Part shown: piece by piece, positions 8,449-17,794 of the stretch
Layout of the letters: each line of letters opens with the position of its first letter
Numbering within the stretch: position 1 is the first letter of the stretch
Assembly: GCA_963664815.2 (NCBI GenBank)
Contig: CAXXHB010000003.1
Location: 320,001 to 384,000, forward strand
From: Spirochaetota bacterium
GTDB taxonomy: Bacteria; Spirochaetota; UBA4802; UBA5550
Reading direction: 5' to 3'
DNA length: 64,000 nucleotides
Notes under the pieces: generated by a model
The model's database searches: none
What the model was told of the DNA's origin: nothing
The model's input: only the letters and a program-made list of their open reading frames with translations
Made by a program: the position numbers and the translations under genes

Positions 8449-9774
8449 CTAATAGCCGGGCAAAATAAATCTTTCATATATTTTTTTTACCCTGTCTGTC
8501 AACTGAACAGATACATAATCCTTTGAGTTAACTGCAGTTTTATATAGCCTGTATCCCTCGGCCTGACATCTTTTACACCCATCTACCGGTATTTCTATGC
8601 CGATACATGGGGGATTTATAGATGCAGTGGATTCTATCATCAGAACTCCGCGGCATTCATTGCATATCATGATATGTTCTTTCTGGCTTTCCTGAATGCC
8701 GTCTGTATCATAGTAAATGTTTTTATGCCTCACTGTATACTGCCCTACAGGCGCTCTTTGCAGATCTGGTTTAGGATTGAGATAGTTGTTAAGAACTGGT
8801 TCCTTAAGCCTGGAAATGTACTCCGTAACTTCATCCTCCTGCGGGTGATAGTTCAGGTCATAATCCGGTTCTTTGACGCATGAATAATCCATCCCAGCCA
8901 TTGCAAGGACAATCCCAAGGTTTACATATGGGAGAGCACCCTGTATTGAATATCCTCCTTCAAGTACGGCTATATGAGGATTGAGTTTTTCGTTAAGCAA
9001 TGCGTATCCGTGAGCAGTAAAATTCATGTTGGTAATAGGGTCTGTATAGTGATTATCCTGTCCAGCTGAATTTATGATTAATTCAGGTTTAAAATGTTCA
9101 AGAATAGGAAGAACCATATTGTCTATTGTATAAATGAAGCCCTCTTCGGAAGTGTTAGGGGGGAGGGGAATATTGATAGTTCTCCCTCTGGCATTCGGTC
9201 CTCCAAGTTCAACAAGGTGGCCGGAGCCGGGATAAAGGGTTCTCCCATCCTGATGTATTGATATAAACAGCACATCAGAGTCATGCCAGAAAATATCCTG
9301 AGTACCGTCGCCATGGTGACAGTCTGTATCAACTATTGCTATACGCCTTTTGCTGTAGTTTTCCCTGATATATTCGATCATTATTGCTTCGTTGTTGATG
9401 TTGCAGAAACCCCTGTTTCCGTGAACACATTTCATCGCATGATGACCGGGAGGACGCACAAGAGCGAATGCTTTTTCAACCTCGCCGTCCAGAACGGCAC
9501 GCGCCGCCCTGATTGCACCGCCGGCTGAAATCATGTGGGATTCCGTTATTACACTCTTTACATCCGGGAAACAGAAATGCGAGCGCATAACATCTGTATC
9601 TGACGCGATGTCCGGCTTAAGCTCTATAATTCCTTCAATATCGAAAATTCCCTCCTCCTTTAGCTGGTCCTGGGTATATAGAAGCCTCTCTTCTCTTTCC
9701 GGATGTGTTGGAGATATGGCCCAGTCATAAGCCGGGAAAAAAACAAGCCCTAATCTATTCTTTGCTTTCAGCAT
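8449..9774 (-). CDS. Histone deacetylase (HDAC/AcuC/AphA superfamily) Zn-dependent deacylase with C-terminal Cys4 extension
   Basis: HPE...RL, RPPGHH, GFC, DTDCHHGDGTQ, SIHQ, YPGSG, NIPLP, SAGQDNH, LEGGY. Confidence 0.92.
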   Translation of the reverse strand: MLKAKNRLGLVFFPAYDWAISPTHPEREERLLYTQDQLKEEGIFDIEGIIELKPDIASDTDVMRSHFCFPDVKSVITESHMISAGGAIRAARAVLDGEVEKAFALVRPPGHHAMKCVHGNRGFCNINNEAIMIEYIRENYSKRRIAIVDTDCHHGDGTQDIFWHDSDVLFISIHQDGRTLYPGSGHLVELGGPNARGRTINIPLPPNTSEEGFIYTIDNMVLPILEHFKPELIINSAGQDNHYTDPITNMNFTAHGYALLNEKLNPHIAVLEGGYSIQGALPYVNLGIVLAMAGMDYSCVKEPDYDLNYHPQEDEVTEYISRLKEPVLNNYLNPKPDLQRAPVGQYTVRHKNIYYDTDGIQESQKEHIMICNECRGVLMIESTASINPPCIGIEIPVDGCKRCQAEGYRLYKTAVNSKDYVSVQLTDRVKKIYERFILPGY

Positions 9775-9786
9775 ATTATTCCCTCT

Positions 9787-11445
9787 TTACAGTTTATACA
9801 GGTTCATAACAACTCCTGGTCTGACCTGACATTTGACCCGGATGTCATTTCCTGAAGAGTAGTAATCGTCTATCATCCGGAAACTCGATGATTCAACAAT
9901 ATCTATCTTAAGATCTCTTGAGTTATAACCCGAACTCTCAAGGAATTTTTTCGTATAGTTAACCGCATCATTCTCTGCTTCGTTGAGAGAATATCTTCTT
10001 GATACTTTTACTTCCACACCAAGATTTGGAATAACCATTTTTTCTTTACCTGTATCTGAAAAAAGTTCAGTTTCAAAAGTTGTACGTGCGAGCGCTGCCC
10101 CGATTGCATTGGCAACACTGTAGTTCGCGGGGACAACAATTTCTGTATCACTCTCCATTACTTTAGCAAGAGCAGCAGCCGGTCCTCCTATAATATATAT
10201 TTTTTTCGGAGCTATTTTTTCACCCTGGATCATCTCGTGAATTGTATAAACAGGTTTCTGGTTTATTTCCGACAGCTGTCGACTTATTTCATCTTTTATT
10301 TTTTTTACGCTGAATGCAATGGCTTTATCTGCAAGATCCGAAGGGCTTAACCCGTTCGTTTCTGCAAGTTTTTTTACTGCAGCGACAGATTTTGCTTTGT
10401 TCTCATGGTTTATTATACCTGCGAAGTTCATTGCGTCAACCAGTGTCGGGTGGGTTCCACCTTCTGATACGCTTGGACCTTTCCTTTCAGGGCCAGCTTT
10501 AACTACACCATTAACAACAGAGATGGCAGAGTCTCCCCCTATGCCTATTGATCTGTTTTGAAGTGAACGAACAAGTGTCGGTATACCTTCGAGTGAAATG
10601 CCATCCCTCTCCATAAGAGGAGCACCTGATGCGAAAACAGCGATATCAGTTGTCGTGCCACCAATATCAAGTATTACTGAATCTTCGGTTATTTTACTCA
10701 GGGCTATAATTCCCATAATGCTTGCGGCTGGACCCGAGAGGATCGATTCTACCGGAAGTGTTTTAGATACTTCTGCAGGCATTGTACCTCCATCTGCTTT
10801 GAGAATATTTACAGGTGCATCAATTCCCATACTGTCCAATGCTTTTGTGATAGAAGTAAGAAAGTTTGAATATATTCTCCATACGGCTGAATTATAATAT
10901 GCAGTTGCGGCTCTTCTGGGAAAGCTTAGCTGGCTTGACAGATTGTGACCTTCAGTAATAAAATCAGAATGACTTTTAAGTGAACCGGCAATTATTGATT
11001 CCTGGATACTGTTTCTGGTAGAAAATTTTGTTACTGCGGCATAAACTCTAATTCCGTTTTTAACACATTCATTTATTTTTTTTTCAAGAGAGGATGAGTC
11101 AAGTTTACGCACTTCACTTCCTCTGTGATTTATGGAACCATCTATAATATATGTATTGCTTCCTATCCTGAAATTCTCAGGGTCAATTCCGGGGCCGGAT
11201 GATATGAAGAGAGCTGTCTTTTCCAGTTTATTTTCTATAATTGCATTTGTTGAAAGGGTTGTGCTAAGGTTTATATTTTTTATCTGTTTTACATCTTTTC
11301 CTGCGGTAACTTCTTTCAGGGCAGTTGTTACAGTCTGGAGAAGGTTGTGAGTATCAGTTTTAGCTTTAAAAGTTGATTCAATGCCGTCATTACCTATCAG
11401 GACAGCATCAGTATGAGTTCCTCCTACATCGATCCCGAGCAGCAT
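9787..11445 (-). CDS. Hydantoinase A/oxoprolinase family ATPase (ASKHA fold)
   Basis: GIDVGGTHTD, STTLSTNAI, SILSGPAASIMG, DIGGTTTD, SIGIGGDS, ANAIGAA; 12 nt from the HDAC start; GGAG RBS. Confidence 0.9.
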   Translation of the reverse strand: MLLGIDVGGTHTDAVLIGNDGIESTFKAKTDTHNLLQTVTTALKEVTAGKDVKQIKNINLSTTLSTNAIIENKLEKTALFISSGPGIDPENFRIGSNTYIIDGSINHRGSEVRKLDSSSLEKKINECVKNGIRVYAAVTKFSTRNSIQESIIAGSLKSHSDFITEGHNLSSQLSFPRRAATAYYNSAVWRIYSNFLTSITKALDSMGIDAPVNILKADGGTMPAEVSKTLPVESILSGPAASIMGIIALSKITEDSVILDIGGTTTDIAVFASGAPLMERDGISLEGIPTLVRSLQNRSIGIGGDSAISVVNGVVKAGPERKGPSVSEGGTHPTLVDAMNFAGIINHENKAKSVAAVKKLAETNGLSPSDLADKAIAFSVKKIKDEISRQLSEINQKPVYTIHEMIQGEKIAPKKIYIIGGPAAALAKVMESDTEIVVPANYSVANAIGAALARTTFETELFSDTGKEKMVIPNLGVEVKVSRRYSLNEAENDAVNYTKKFLESSGYNSRDLKIDIVESSSFRMIDDYYSSGNDIRVKCQVRPGVVMNLYKL

Positions 11446-11695
11446 AGTTTATCTCCAGTAATAATTTTTTTAATGGATATAGTAATATTAGTGCATTTTC
11501 TTTACAGTTCAGATATAATTTTAAAAAACCACAGGGGATATTAATTTTTTACAGCGCCTGTGATATAGTGGAAAAAATTATCCATCTGTTTTTTAGTAAT
11601 AACAATATAAGTAAAATAGTATATGTCAAGGAAAAGAGAATAAATAAGATATCGTTTTAGTTGAAGAATTTTACCATTTTTGATTTAATAATTTT

Positions 11696-11743
11696 CAGGT
11701 TTAACATGGTCTGTTCTTTTATATAAAGAACAAAACCTGACCA
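11696..11743. terminator. Nested inverted repeat downstream of polysaccharide deacetylase gene
   Basis: TGTTCTTT-TATAT-AAAGAACA core with outer TCAGGTTT/AAACCTGA and ATGGTC/GACCAT arms. Confidence 0.35.
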
Positions 11744-11799
11744 TTTTGTAATAATTGAGAAATACATCTCCTTAAACTCTGACGACTTTGGCAGTAGAT

Positions 11800-12843
11800 T
11801 TATGCGGTTTTCTTCTTCCTCTGGTTTTTTTTTTCATTTTTTGAGGAAATCTTTTTATTTGTATTCCTTAATTCTGCAGGAGTTTTTGATGTATGAACAA
11901 ATGGTTTGAATTTTTTCCCATGCTTATTTGTTTTTATTTGAGTGATATCTGGTATAAATTTTGTATTATCAGAAAGAATTTTTTTTATTCTTCCGGGATA
12001 ATCAATGATTGAGATTTGTTCCGCATTACCGGTATTTTTCTGTTCCGTTACTATTGGGTTATTCACCTGTAAGTTATTTGACGGAGTTTGACTGTTCTCA
12101 GCAACGGCGGCTCCACTCTGCTTGATAATGTGAGCAATTATACCTTTGTAACCTGTTTTTGTCATAAGGTAGCGGTGAATCTGGAAGTTGTTGGCAGAAG
12201 GTAGCGATTCCATCCTGGGTTCTATGGTCATTGCATATTTATATCCTGCATTTTTAAGTTCGTTTATGGCAATGGGGCTGTTCACTCCGAAAGGATAAAG
12301 CATTGTTTCAATTTTACGGTTAAGCTTTTCCTCGAGTATTTTTTTTGATAAATAAATCTCCTTTTTAAAACTGGCCGGTTCCTGGTTGTAGTATTTTTCT
12401 GATAAAAACATATGGTGGTATCCATGAGACGCAATGTAGCATCCATCTGCAGAAAGCTGTTTTACTTCATCCCAGGTCATTGCATAATGCATCCTGCTTA
12501 TAATCGCAGGATATATTCCAAGAAGAGGTTTTATCTCCATTGGTTTCATTATTGAATAATAGGCCTGGTAGACGCTTTTGTTTCCATCATCGATACTAAT
12601 AAGAATATTTTTATTGCCTGTAATTTTGTCATTGATGACATCTTCAAAAGTAACAAAGGTAAAACCACTGTTCTTAAGTTTATGGAGCTGTTCTCTGAAT
12701 ATTTCATTTGTGAAAGAATAGGGATCCTTTTTTTCCAGAAAAGCATGATAGCATAGAATATATACTCCCTTTGAATAGGAAGGGGCAGCAAAGATAAAAA
12801 AAATCAGGACTGAAGCCAGTGTTATGAAAGTTGTTTTTTTCAA
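11800..12843 (-). CDS. Exported polysaccharide deacetylase (CE4/NodB, IcaB-like) with basic low-complexity tail
   Basis: Signal peptide; ILCYH, SIDDG, MTWDEV, ASHGYHH, YPFG motifs. Confidence 0.88.
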   Translation of the reverse strand: MKKTTFITLASVLIFFIFAAPSYSKGVYILCYHAFLEKKDPYSFTNEIFREQLHKLKNSGFTFVTFEDVINDKITGNKNILISIDDGNKSVYQAYYSIMKPMEIKPLLGIYPAIISRMHYAMTWDEVKQLSADGCYIASHGYHHMFLSEKYYNQEPASFKKEIYLSKKILEEKLNRKIETMLYPFGVNSPIAINELKNAGYKYAMTIEPRMESLPSANNFQIHRYLMTKTGYKGIIAHIIKQSGAAVAENSQTPSNNLQVNNPIVTEQKNTGNAEQISIIDYPGRIKKILSDNTKFIPDITQIKTNKHGKKFKPFVHTSKTPAELRNTNKKISSKNEKKNQRKKKTA

Positions 12844-12965
12844 GGGAGATCTCTCTTTATGTATTATATACTTTTATAATCGAAAAAAAATATTATTTAC
12901 TCAAGTAAAACTGTTTAATATGATTAAAATCAGGTATTTTTCCAGAAAATATTCGTTACTTTTAT

Positions 12966-13541
12966 TTAAAATCCTTCCGGCAGGCCGGTGGTTTTGTTAT
13001 TTTCCTTTTCTTTTAATTCTTTCTGAAGCCTGGCATCTACATTAGTTTTAATTTTGCTTTTTCTTTCATCTAGCTCAGCGGCATATGCGGCATCTATTTT
13101 GATAACATTTTTTTCAAGGATACCCAGATATAACTCAGTTTCAGGGAGTATATGCTTCTGTATATAATTTGAGTTTGCCCAATTTTTCTTTTTTATAAAG
13201 TAGTTCATTTTCCATACCTGAATTTCTCTGACCTGAATTATTTTTTCATAAAATAACTCGATTTCTTTAACATCGTGTTTAAGAAGTATTTTTTCCATGG
13301 CTGGAGACTTTGCAGTTATCTCTTTGTCGGTAAATTTTCCATTTATAAAAACATAATCAATTTCAATATCAGGATCAAATCCGTATTTGAAATTAATGGA
13401 TGAGGTGGTTTCATCAAGCATTACTTTTTCAGTTTCTGAGAAAAGTTTACTCTCTTTTTTTGAAATCATTATCCAGAATGAAGAGTTGCATTCAAGCAGC
13501 ATTAGTGGTAAAATCATTAATGTCAATAGTTTAATTCGCAT
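12966..13541 (-). CDS. Hypothetical protein, probable lipoprotein
   Basis: Hydrophobic N-terminus ending LLEC; GGAG RBS; 12 nt downstream of neuB. Confidence 0.65.
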   Translation of the reverse strand: MRIKLLTLMILPLMLLECNSSFWIMISKKESKLFSETEKVMLDETTSSINFKYGFDPDIEIDYVFINGKFTDKEITAKSPAMEKILLKHDVKEIELFYEKIIQVREIQVWKMNYFIKKKNWANSNYIQKHILPETELYLGILEKNVIKIDAAYAAELDERKSKIKTNVDARLQKELKEKENNKTTGLPEGF

Positions 13542-13553
13542 TATATACTCCGT

Positions 13554-14585
13554 TTATTCAAGGTATTCCCATTTAATCAATGAACCTTCGTTTATATCAA
13601 CTCTTGCTTTTTTACCGGTTATATCATCTATCCTGTTGGGAGATATGCCGATTCCAGGTCTCAGTGCAATAATCGAATTCTCATTAATGATGTCTCCGGT
13701 GGATATTTTTTTTAAAGCAAAAAGGCTTTTTCTTGCAGCAAGAGCTGTACCTGTCTCTCTTCCCGAATATTTAATTTTTCCGTCACCAAGCATTGCGACT
13801 GCGTCTTTGACTTTTTCTGTCATTTCCCTGAAACTTTCCGCTGTAAGCGAAACGTCTTTATCGGGGCAATCATGATTTTTATCAATCATGAAATGTTTTT
13901 CGATGACAGAAGCGCCTAAGGCTGCAGCAATTACTGACGATTCATATCCGGAGGTATGATCTGATAACCCTACAGGCACATTGAACCTGTTTTTCAGTGA
14001 AACTATACGCGAGAGGTTTGTCTCCTCCTTTTTTGCCGGGTAAATTGAAACACAGTGGAGCAATAATGTCTCACTATTTCCGGCTTCCTTCAGGTTTCTG
14101 AGAGATATTTCTATATCGCTTTCGGATGTCATTCCTGTTGAAAGGAGAACCGGCTTTTTTGTAGCGCCGACTTTTCTTACAAGCGGGGTGTTTGTCACTT
14201 CTGACGAGGCAATTTTATAAAGTTTTACTCCCAGTTTTTCAAGGAGTTCAACCGATTCAATATCAAAGGGGGCGGAAAAAAATTCAGTATGACATTTTTC
14301 GGAGACATTTTTCAGATTTTCCCACTGGCCGGGAGTAAAAGTAAATTTTCTGAAAAAATCAATAATACTGTAATCGGGATTCTTTTCGCTGCCATTTTTC
14401 AGCAGTGAAGATGTATATGGTGAATTCATTTTTTCCGGGATAAATGTCTGAAACTTTACTGCATCAGCTCCGGATTCAGCAGCCCTGACAATCATTTCCT
14501 CCGCAAGTAACGGATCGCCATTATGGTTAAGCCCGATTTCTGCGATGAATATTATTTTCTTATTATTAAAGATTTCGTTAAACAT
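13554..14585 (-). CDS. neuB: N-acetylneuraminate/nonulosonate synthase (NeuB family with C-terminal SAF domain)
   Basis: IAEIGLNHNG, GADAVKFQ, KIASSE, LSTGM, LLHCVSIYP, GLSDHT, IEKHF, RPGIGISP. Confidence 0.9.
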   Translation of the reverse strand: MFNEIFNNKKIIFIAEIGLNHNGDPLLAEEMIVRAAESGADAVKFQTFIPEKMNSPYTSSLLKNGSEKNPDYSIIDFFRKFTFTPGQWENLKNVSEKCHTEFFSAPFDIESVELLEKLGVKLYKIASSEVTNTPLVRKVGATKKPVLLSTGMTSESDIEISLRNLKEAGNSETLLLHCVSIYPAKKEETNLSRIVSLKNRFNVPVGLSDHTSGYESSVIAAALGASVIEKHFMIDKNHDCPDKDVSLTAESFREMTEKVKDAVAMLGDGKIKYSGRETGTALAARKSLFALKKISTGDIINENSIIALRPGIGISPNRIDDITGKKARVDINEGSLIKWEYLE

Positions 14586-14837
14586 TGTTTCCTGTGGTGA
14601 ACAGCTTATTCTTTAAGAACAGTTCATGATTCATGCTGCTATGAAATAATTCCTGCGGGTAATTTCAAGACTTTTTTATTGTTTGACAATATGGTTTTTA
14701 AAAGTTAATTTTATAAACAATGCTGATTATCTGGAATAATTTATACATTGCTGCAATGCAGCAGGAGGATCATTAATTACATTAAAATATGTCTGCGAAT
14801 TATTAATGGAACAGCAACCCTTTATTCCGGAGGAGAT

Positions 14838-16328
14838 ATGTCTGGTAAAGAATTTATATTGGCAATAGATCTTGGAACAACTGGTAATAGAGTTTTCTGC
14901 TTTGACAGAAAAGGTAAAACTCTATCCAGTTCATATAGCGAATTTACTCAGTTTTTCCCGCGTCCCGGCTGGGTTGAGCACGATGCGCTTGAAATATGGA
15001 ATTCAGTTGTACATCTGATTCCTGAAGCAATATTAAACGGTAAACTTGATCCGGTTAACATAATCGCAATAGGTATAACAAACCAGAGGGAAACGACATT
15101 GCTGTGGGATGCTGAATCTGGAAAACCTGTTTATAATGCAATTGTCTGGCAGTGCCGCAGAACGACCGATATATGCAATCACCTGAAAGAACAGGGGTAT
15201 GAGCAATTGTTCCGGGGGAAAACCGGACTTGTCATTGACCCCTATTTTTCCGGAACTAAGATTAAATGGATGTTCGATAACGTTCTTGATGCACGTTCTC
15301 TTGCAAAAAAGGGGAGGCTTAAATTCGGGACCATTGACACCTGGATATTGTGGAAACTGACAGGGGGGAAAGCGCACACCACTGATTATACAAACGCATC
15401 CAGAACACTTATCTTTGATATTAAAGATAAGAAGTGGTCTGCTGAATTGTGTGAAATTCTTGATATACCCCTGAATATACTTCCGCATGTCCAACCCTCT
15501 GCGAGTGTTTTTGGAAAAACATCAGGATGCCCCGGCTTGCCGGACGGAATTATAATTGGCGGTATTGCCGGAGATCAGCAGGCAGCTATGGTCGGGCAGA
15601 ATTGTGTTTTTCCGGGCACAACGAAAAATACATATGGCACCGGATGCTTTATGCTTTTTAACAATGGTTCGGATTATATAATTTCTTCGAATGGTCTTTT
15701 AACAACTCTTACTCCGGATAATATGGGTAATCCTGTTTATGCACTTGAAGGATCGGTTTTTATCGGCGGAGCAGTGATGCAATGGCTGAGAGATTATATG
15801 AAATTTTTTGATAACTCAAAGGAATCTGAGGGGATGGCGTCTTCTTTATCTGGTAAAGAGGATGAGGTTGTCTTTGTGCCCGCATTTGTCGGGCTTGGGG
15901 CCCCTTACTGGAACATGGATGCAAGGGGAGCAATTTTCGGATTAACAAGGGATACTACAAGAGAACAGATAGTAAGGGCTGCATTGAAATCTATTGCGTT
16001 TCAATCAATGGAGGTTATACACTCTATGGAACAGGACACAATGAAGAAAATATCAGAGTTGAGAGTGGATGGAGGTGCTACGGAAAACAGGTTCCTTATG
16101 CAGTTTCAGTCGGATATTCTGGATGTTCCGGTTCTTATCCCTGAAATCAGGGAATCCACAGCCCTTGGTGTTGCATATCTTGCGGGTTTGACTGCCTGTG
16201 TATTCGGCAGTATTGGCGAAATTGCAAAGGAGAATGGAATTATAAAGAAGTATGAACCGGTTATGAATAATGATGAAAGGGAGCGGCATCATGATTTATG
16301 GAAAAAAACTGTTGCAAGACTTTTATAA
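14838..16328 (+). CDS. glpK: Glycerol kinase
   Basis: DLGTTG, GWVEHD, GITNQRET, AIVWQCRRT, PYFSGTK, GDQQAA, KNTYGTGCF, DGG; GGAGGAG RBS before ATG 14838. Confidence 0.95.
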   Translation: MSGKEFILAIDLGTTGNRVFCFDRKGKTLSSSYSEFTQFFPRPGWVEHDALEIWNSVVHLIPEAILNGKLDPVNIIAIGITNQRETTLLWDAESGKPVYNAIVWQCRRTTDICNHLKEQGYEQLFRGKTGLVIDPYFSGTKIKWMFDNVLDARSLAKKGRLKFGTIDTWILWKLTGGKAHTTDYTNASRTLIFDIKDKKWSAELCEILDIPLNILPHVQPSASVFGKTSGCPGLPDGIIIGGIAGDQQAAMVGQNCVFPGTTKNTYGTGCFMLFNNGSDYIISSNGLLTTLTPDNMGNPVYALEGSVFIGGAVMQWLRDYMKFFDNSKESEGMASSLSGKEDEVVFVPAFVGLGAPYWNMDARGAIFGLTRDTTREQIVRAALKSIAFQSMEVIHSMEQDTMKKISELRVDGGATENRFLMQFQSDILDVPVLIPEIRESTALGVAYLAGLTACVFGSIGEIAKENGIIKKYEPVMNNDERERHHDLWKKTVARLL

Positions 16329-16343
16329 AATTGACTGTAGAGC

Positions 16344-16375
16344 TTGATTTATAGTATAAGTGTATATATTATAAT
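16344..16375 (+). promoter_or_regulatory. sigma70-like promoter for the MshEN mini-gene
   Basis: TTGATT-17 nt-TATTAT with overlapping TATAAT; alternative TTGACT-18-TATAAG from 16331. Confidence 0.4.
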
Positions 16376-16411
16376 TATATAAATAGTTTACGGATTGTCC
16401 GGAGGAATTAA

Positions 16412-16609
16412 ATGTCAAAACCATTACTGGGAGAGATGCTGGTTGAAAATGGTGTAATTACGCAGGAACAGATGAAAAAAGCACTTGAAATACAGCATAG
16501 TGAAGGTGGTCTTATAGGTATTATTCTCGTTTCGCAGGGTATTATTTCGGAGCAGAAGCTTGTTGAATATCTCGCGATGCAGGCAAAAATTGTAACTAAT
16601 TCGGAATAA
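16412..16609 (+). CDS. Stand-alone MshEN-like (c-di-GMP-binding family) small protein, 65 aa
   Basis: GGAGGA RBS; two 24-aa repeats LLGEMLVENGVITQEQMKKALEIQ and LIGIILVSQGIISEQKLVEYLAMQ with a 5-aa linker. Confidence 0.85.
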   Translation: MSKPLLGEMLVENGVITQEQMKKALEIQHSEGGLIGIILVSQGIISEQKLVEYLAMQAKIVTNSE

Positions 16610-16674
16610 ACAGGTATAAATGCCGTTGTATAAAAATGCAATTCAGTATTTTTATACAACGAAAATAATAAAAG

Positions 16675-17700
16675 CTATTTCACTTCATGCAGCCAGTTAA
16701 ACTTATCTTCTATTTCTCCATATTGAATACCTGTAAGATTCCGGTATAATTTTGTTATAACCGGTCCGGCTGTCTCATCATTGCCGAATCTGTAGTCCTG
16801 TCCATTATAATGAATCATTGTAACAGGGGTAACTACAGCTGCAGTTCCACAGGCGCCTATTTCGTCAAATCCGGCAATTTCATCGATGACAACAGGTCGC
16901 CTTTCAATATTCATTCCGAGGCTTTCAGCGATTTTTAAGAGACTGTCGTTGGTTATACTGCCCAGAATACTTTTTGATTCAGGGGTTATATATGTATTCC
17001 CTTTTATTGCAATAAAATTAGATGTAGTGAATTCATCGATATATTTTTTTTCTTTTGGGTCAAGATGGAGTACAACCGGAAAACCCTTCTTTTTCCCATA
17101 TTCAGCTGCTGCCAGTCCGGCGGCATAATTTCCTCCAACTTTACAGTCTCCGACTCCATCCGGTGCCGCTCTGTCAAACTGTGATGCTACAAGAGCTTTA
17201 ACCGGTGTGAGCCCGCCTTTATAATAAGGACCAACAGGTGTAACAAAAATAAGGAATACATATTCTTCAGCAGCTCCGAGTCCAACCTTTGCGCCGGTTC
17301 CAATGATAAGAGGTCTCAGATACAAACTGGCACCTGTTCCATAGGGGGGAACAAATTTTTTATTTGCAGCGACTACTTTTGTCACGGCATCAATAAACAT
17401 TTCTCTGCTCATTGGAGGAATGGAGATTCTTACAGATGTTTTCTGTATTCGTTTCCAGTTTTCCTCAGGCCTGAATATGACAATTCTTCCATCTTTAGTC
17501 TCAAAGGCTTTCATCCCTTCAAAACATTCCTGCCCGTAATGCAGACATGGGGCTGCCATATGCATTGTGATATTCTCATCACTCACGAGTTCCCCGTCAG
17601 ACCATTTGCCATTACTGTAATAGTACCTGATGTTGAAATCTGTTTTTACATATCCAAACGGGAGGTCCGACCATTTAAGATCAGCATGTTCTCTGCTCAT
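16675..17700 (-). CDS. ilvE: Branched-chain amino acid aminotransferase
   Basis: LHYGQECFEGMKA, FRP, LYLRP, KVGGNYAA, SILGSIT, CGTAAVVTP; AGGAG before ATG 17700. Confidence 0.95.
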   Translation of the reverse strand: MSREHADLKWSDLPFGYVKTDFNIRYYYSNGKWSDGELVSDENITMHMAAPCLHYGQECFEGMKAFETKDGRIVIFRPEENWKRIQKTSVRISIPPMSREMFIDAVTKVVAANKKFVPPYGTGASLYLRPLIIGTGAKVGLGAAEEYVFLIFVTPVGPYYKGGLTPVKALVASQFDRAAPDGVGDCKVGGNYAAGLAAAEYGKKKGFPVVLHLDPKEKKYIDEFTTSNFIAIKGNTYITPESKSILGSITNDSLLKIAESLGMNIERRPVVIDEIAGFDEIGACGTAAVVTPVTMIHYNGQDYRFGNDETAGPVITKLYRNLTGIQYGEIEDKFNWLHEVK

Positions 17701-17742
17701 TTTAATACTCCTGATATATGAAAAATATGTGGCATTGCCCGG

Positions 17743-17794
17743 TAATTTCAGTATAAAACGCACCTATTCAACATGCTGTTTATACTGAAAATTA
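17743..17794 (-). promoter_or_regulatory. Hairpin in ilvE 5' leader
   Basis: TTTCAGTATAAA (17746-17757) / TTTATACTGAAA (17779-17790) perfect 12-bp arms. Confidence 0.45.
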
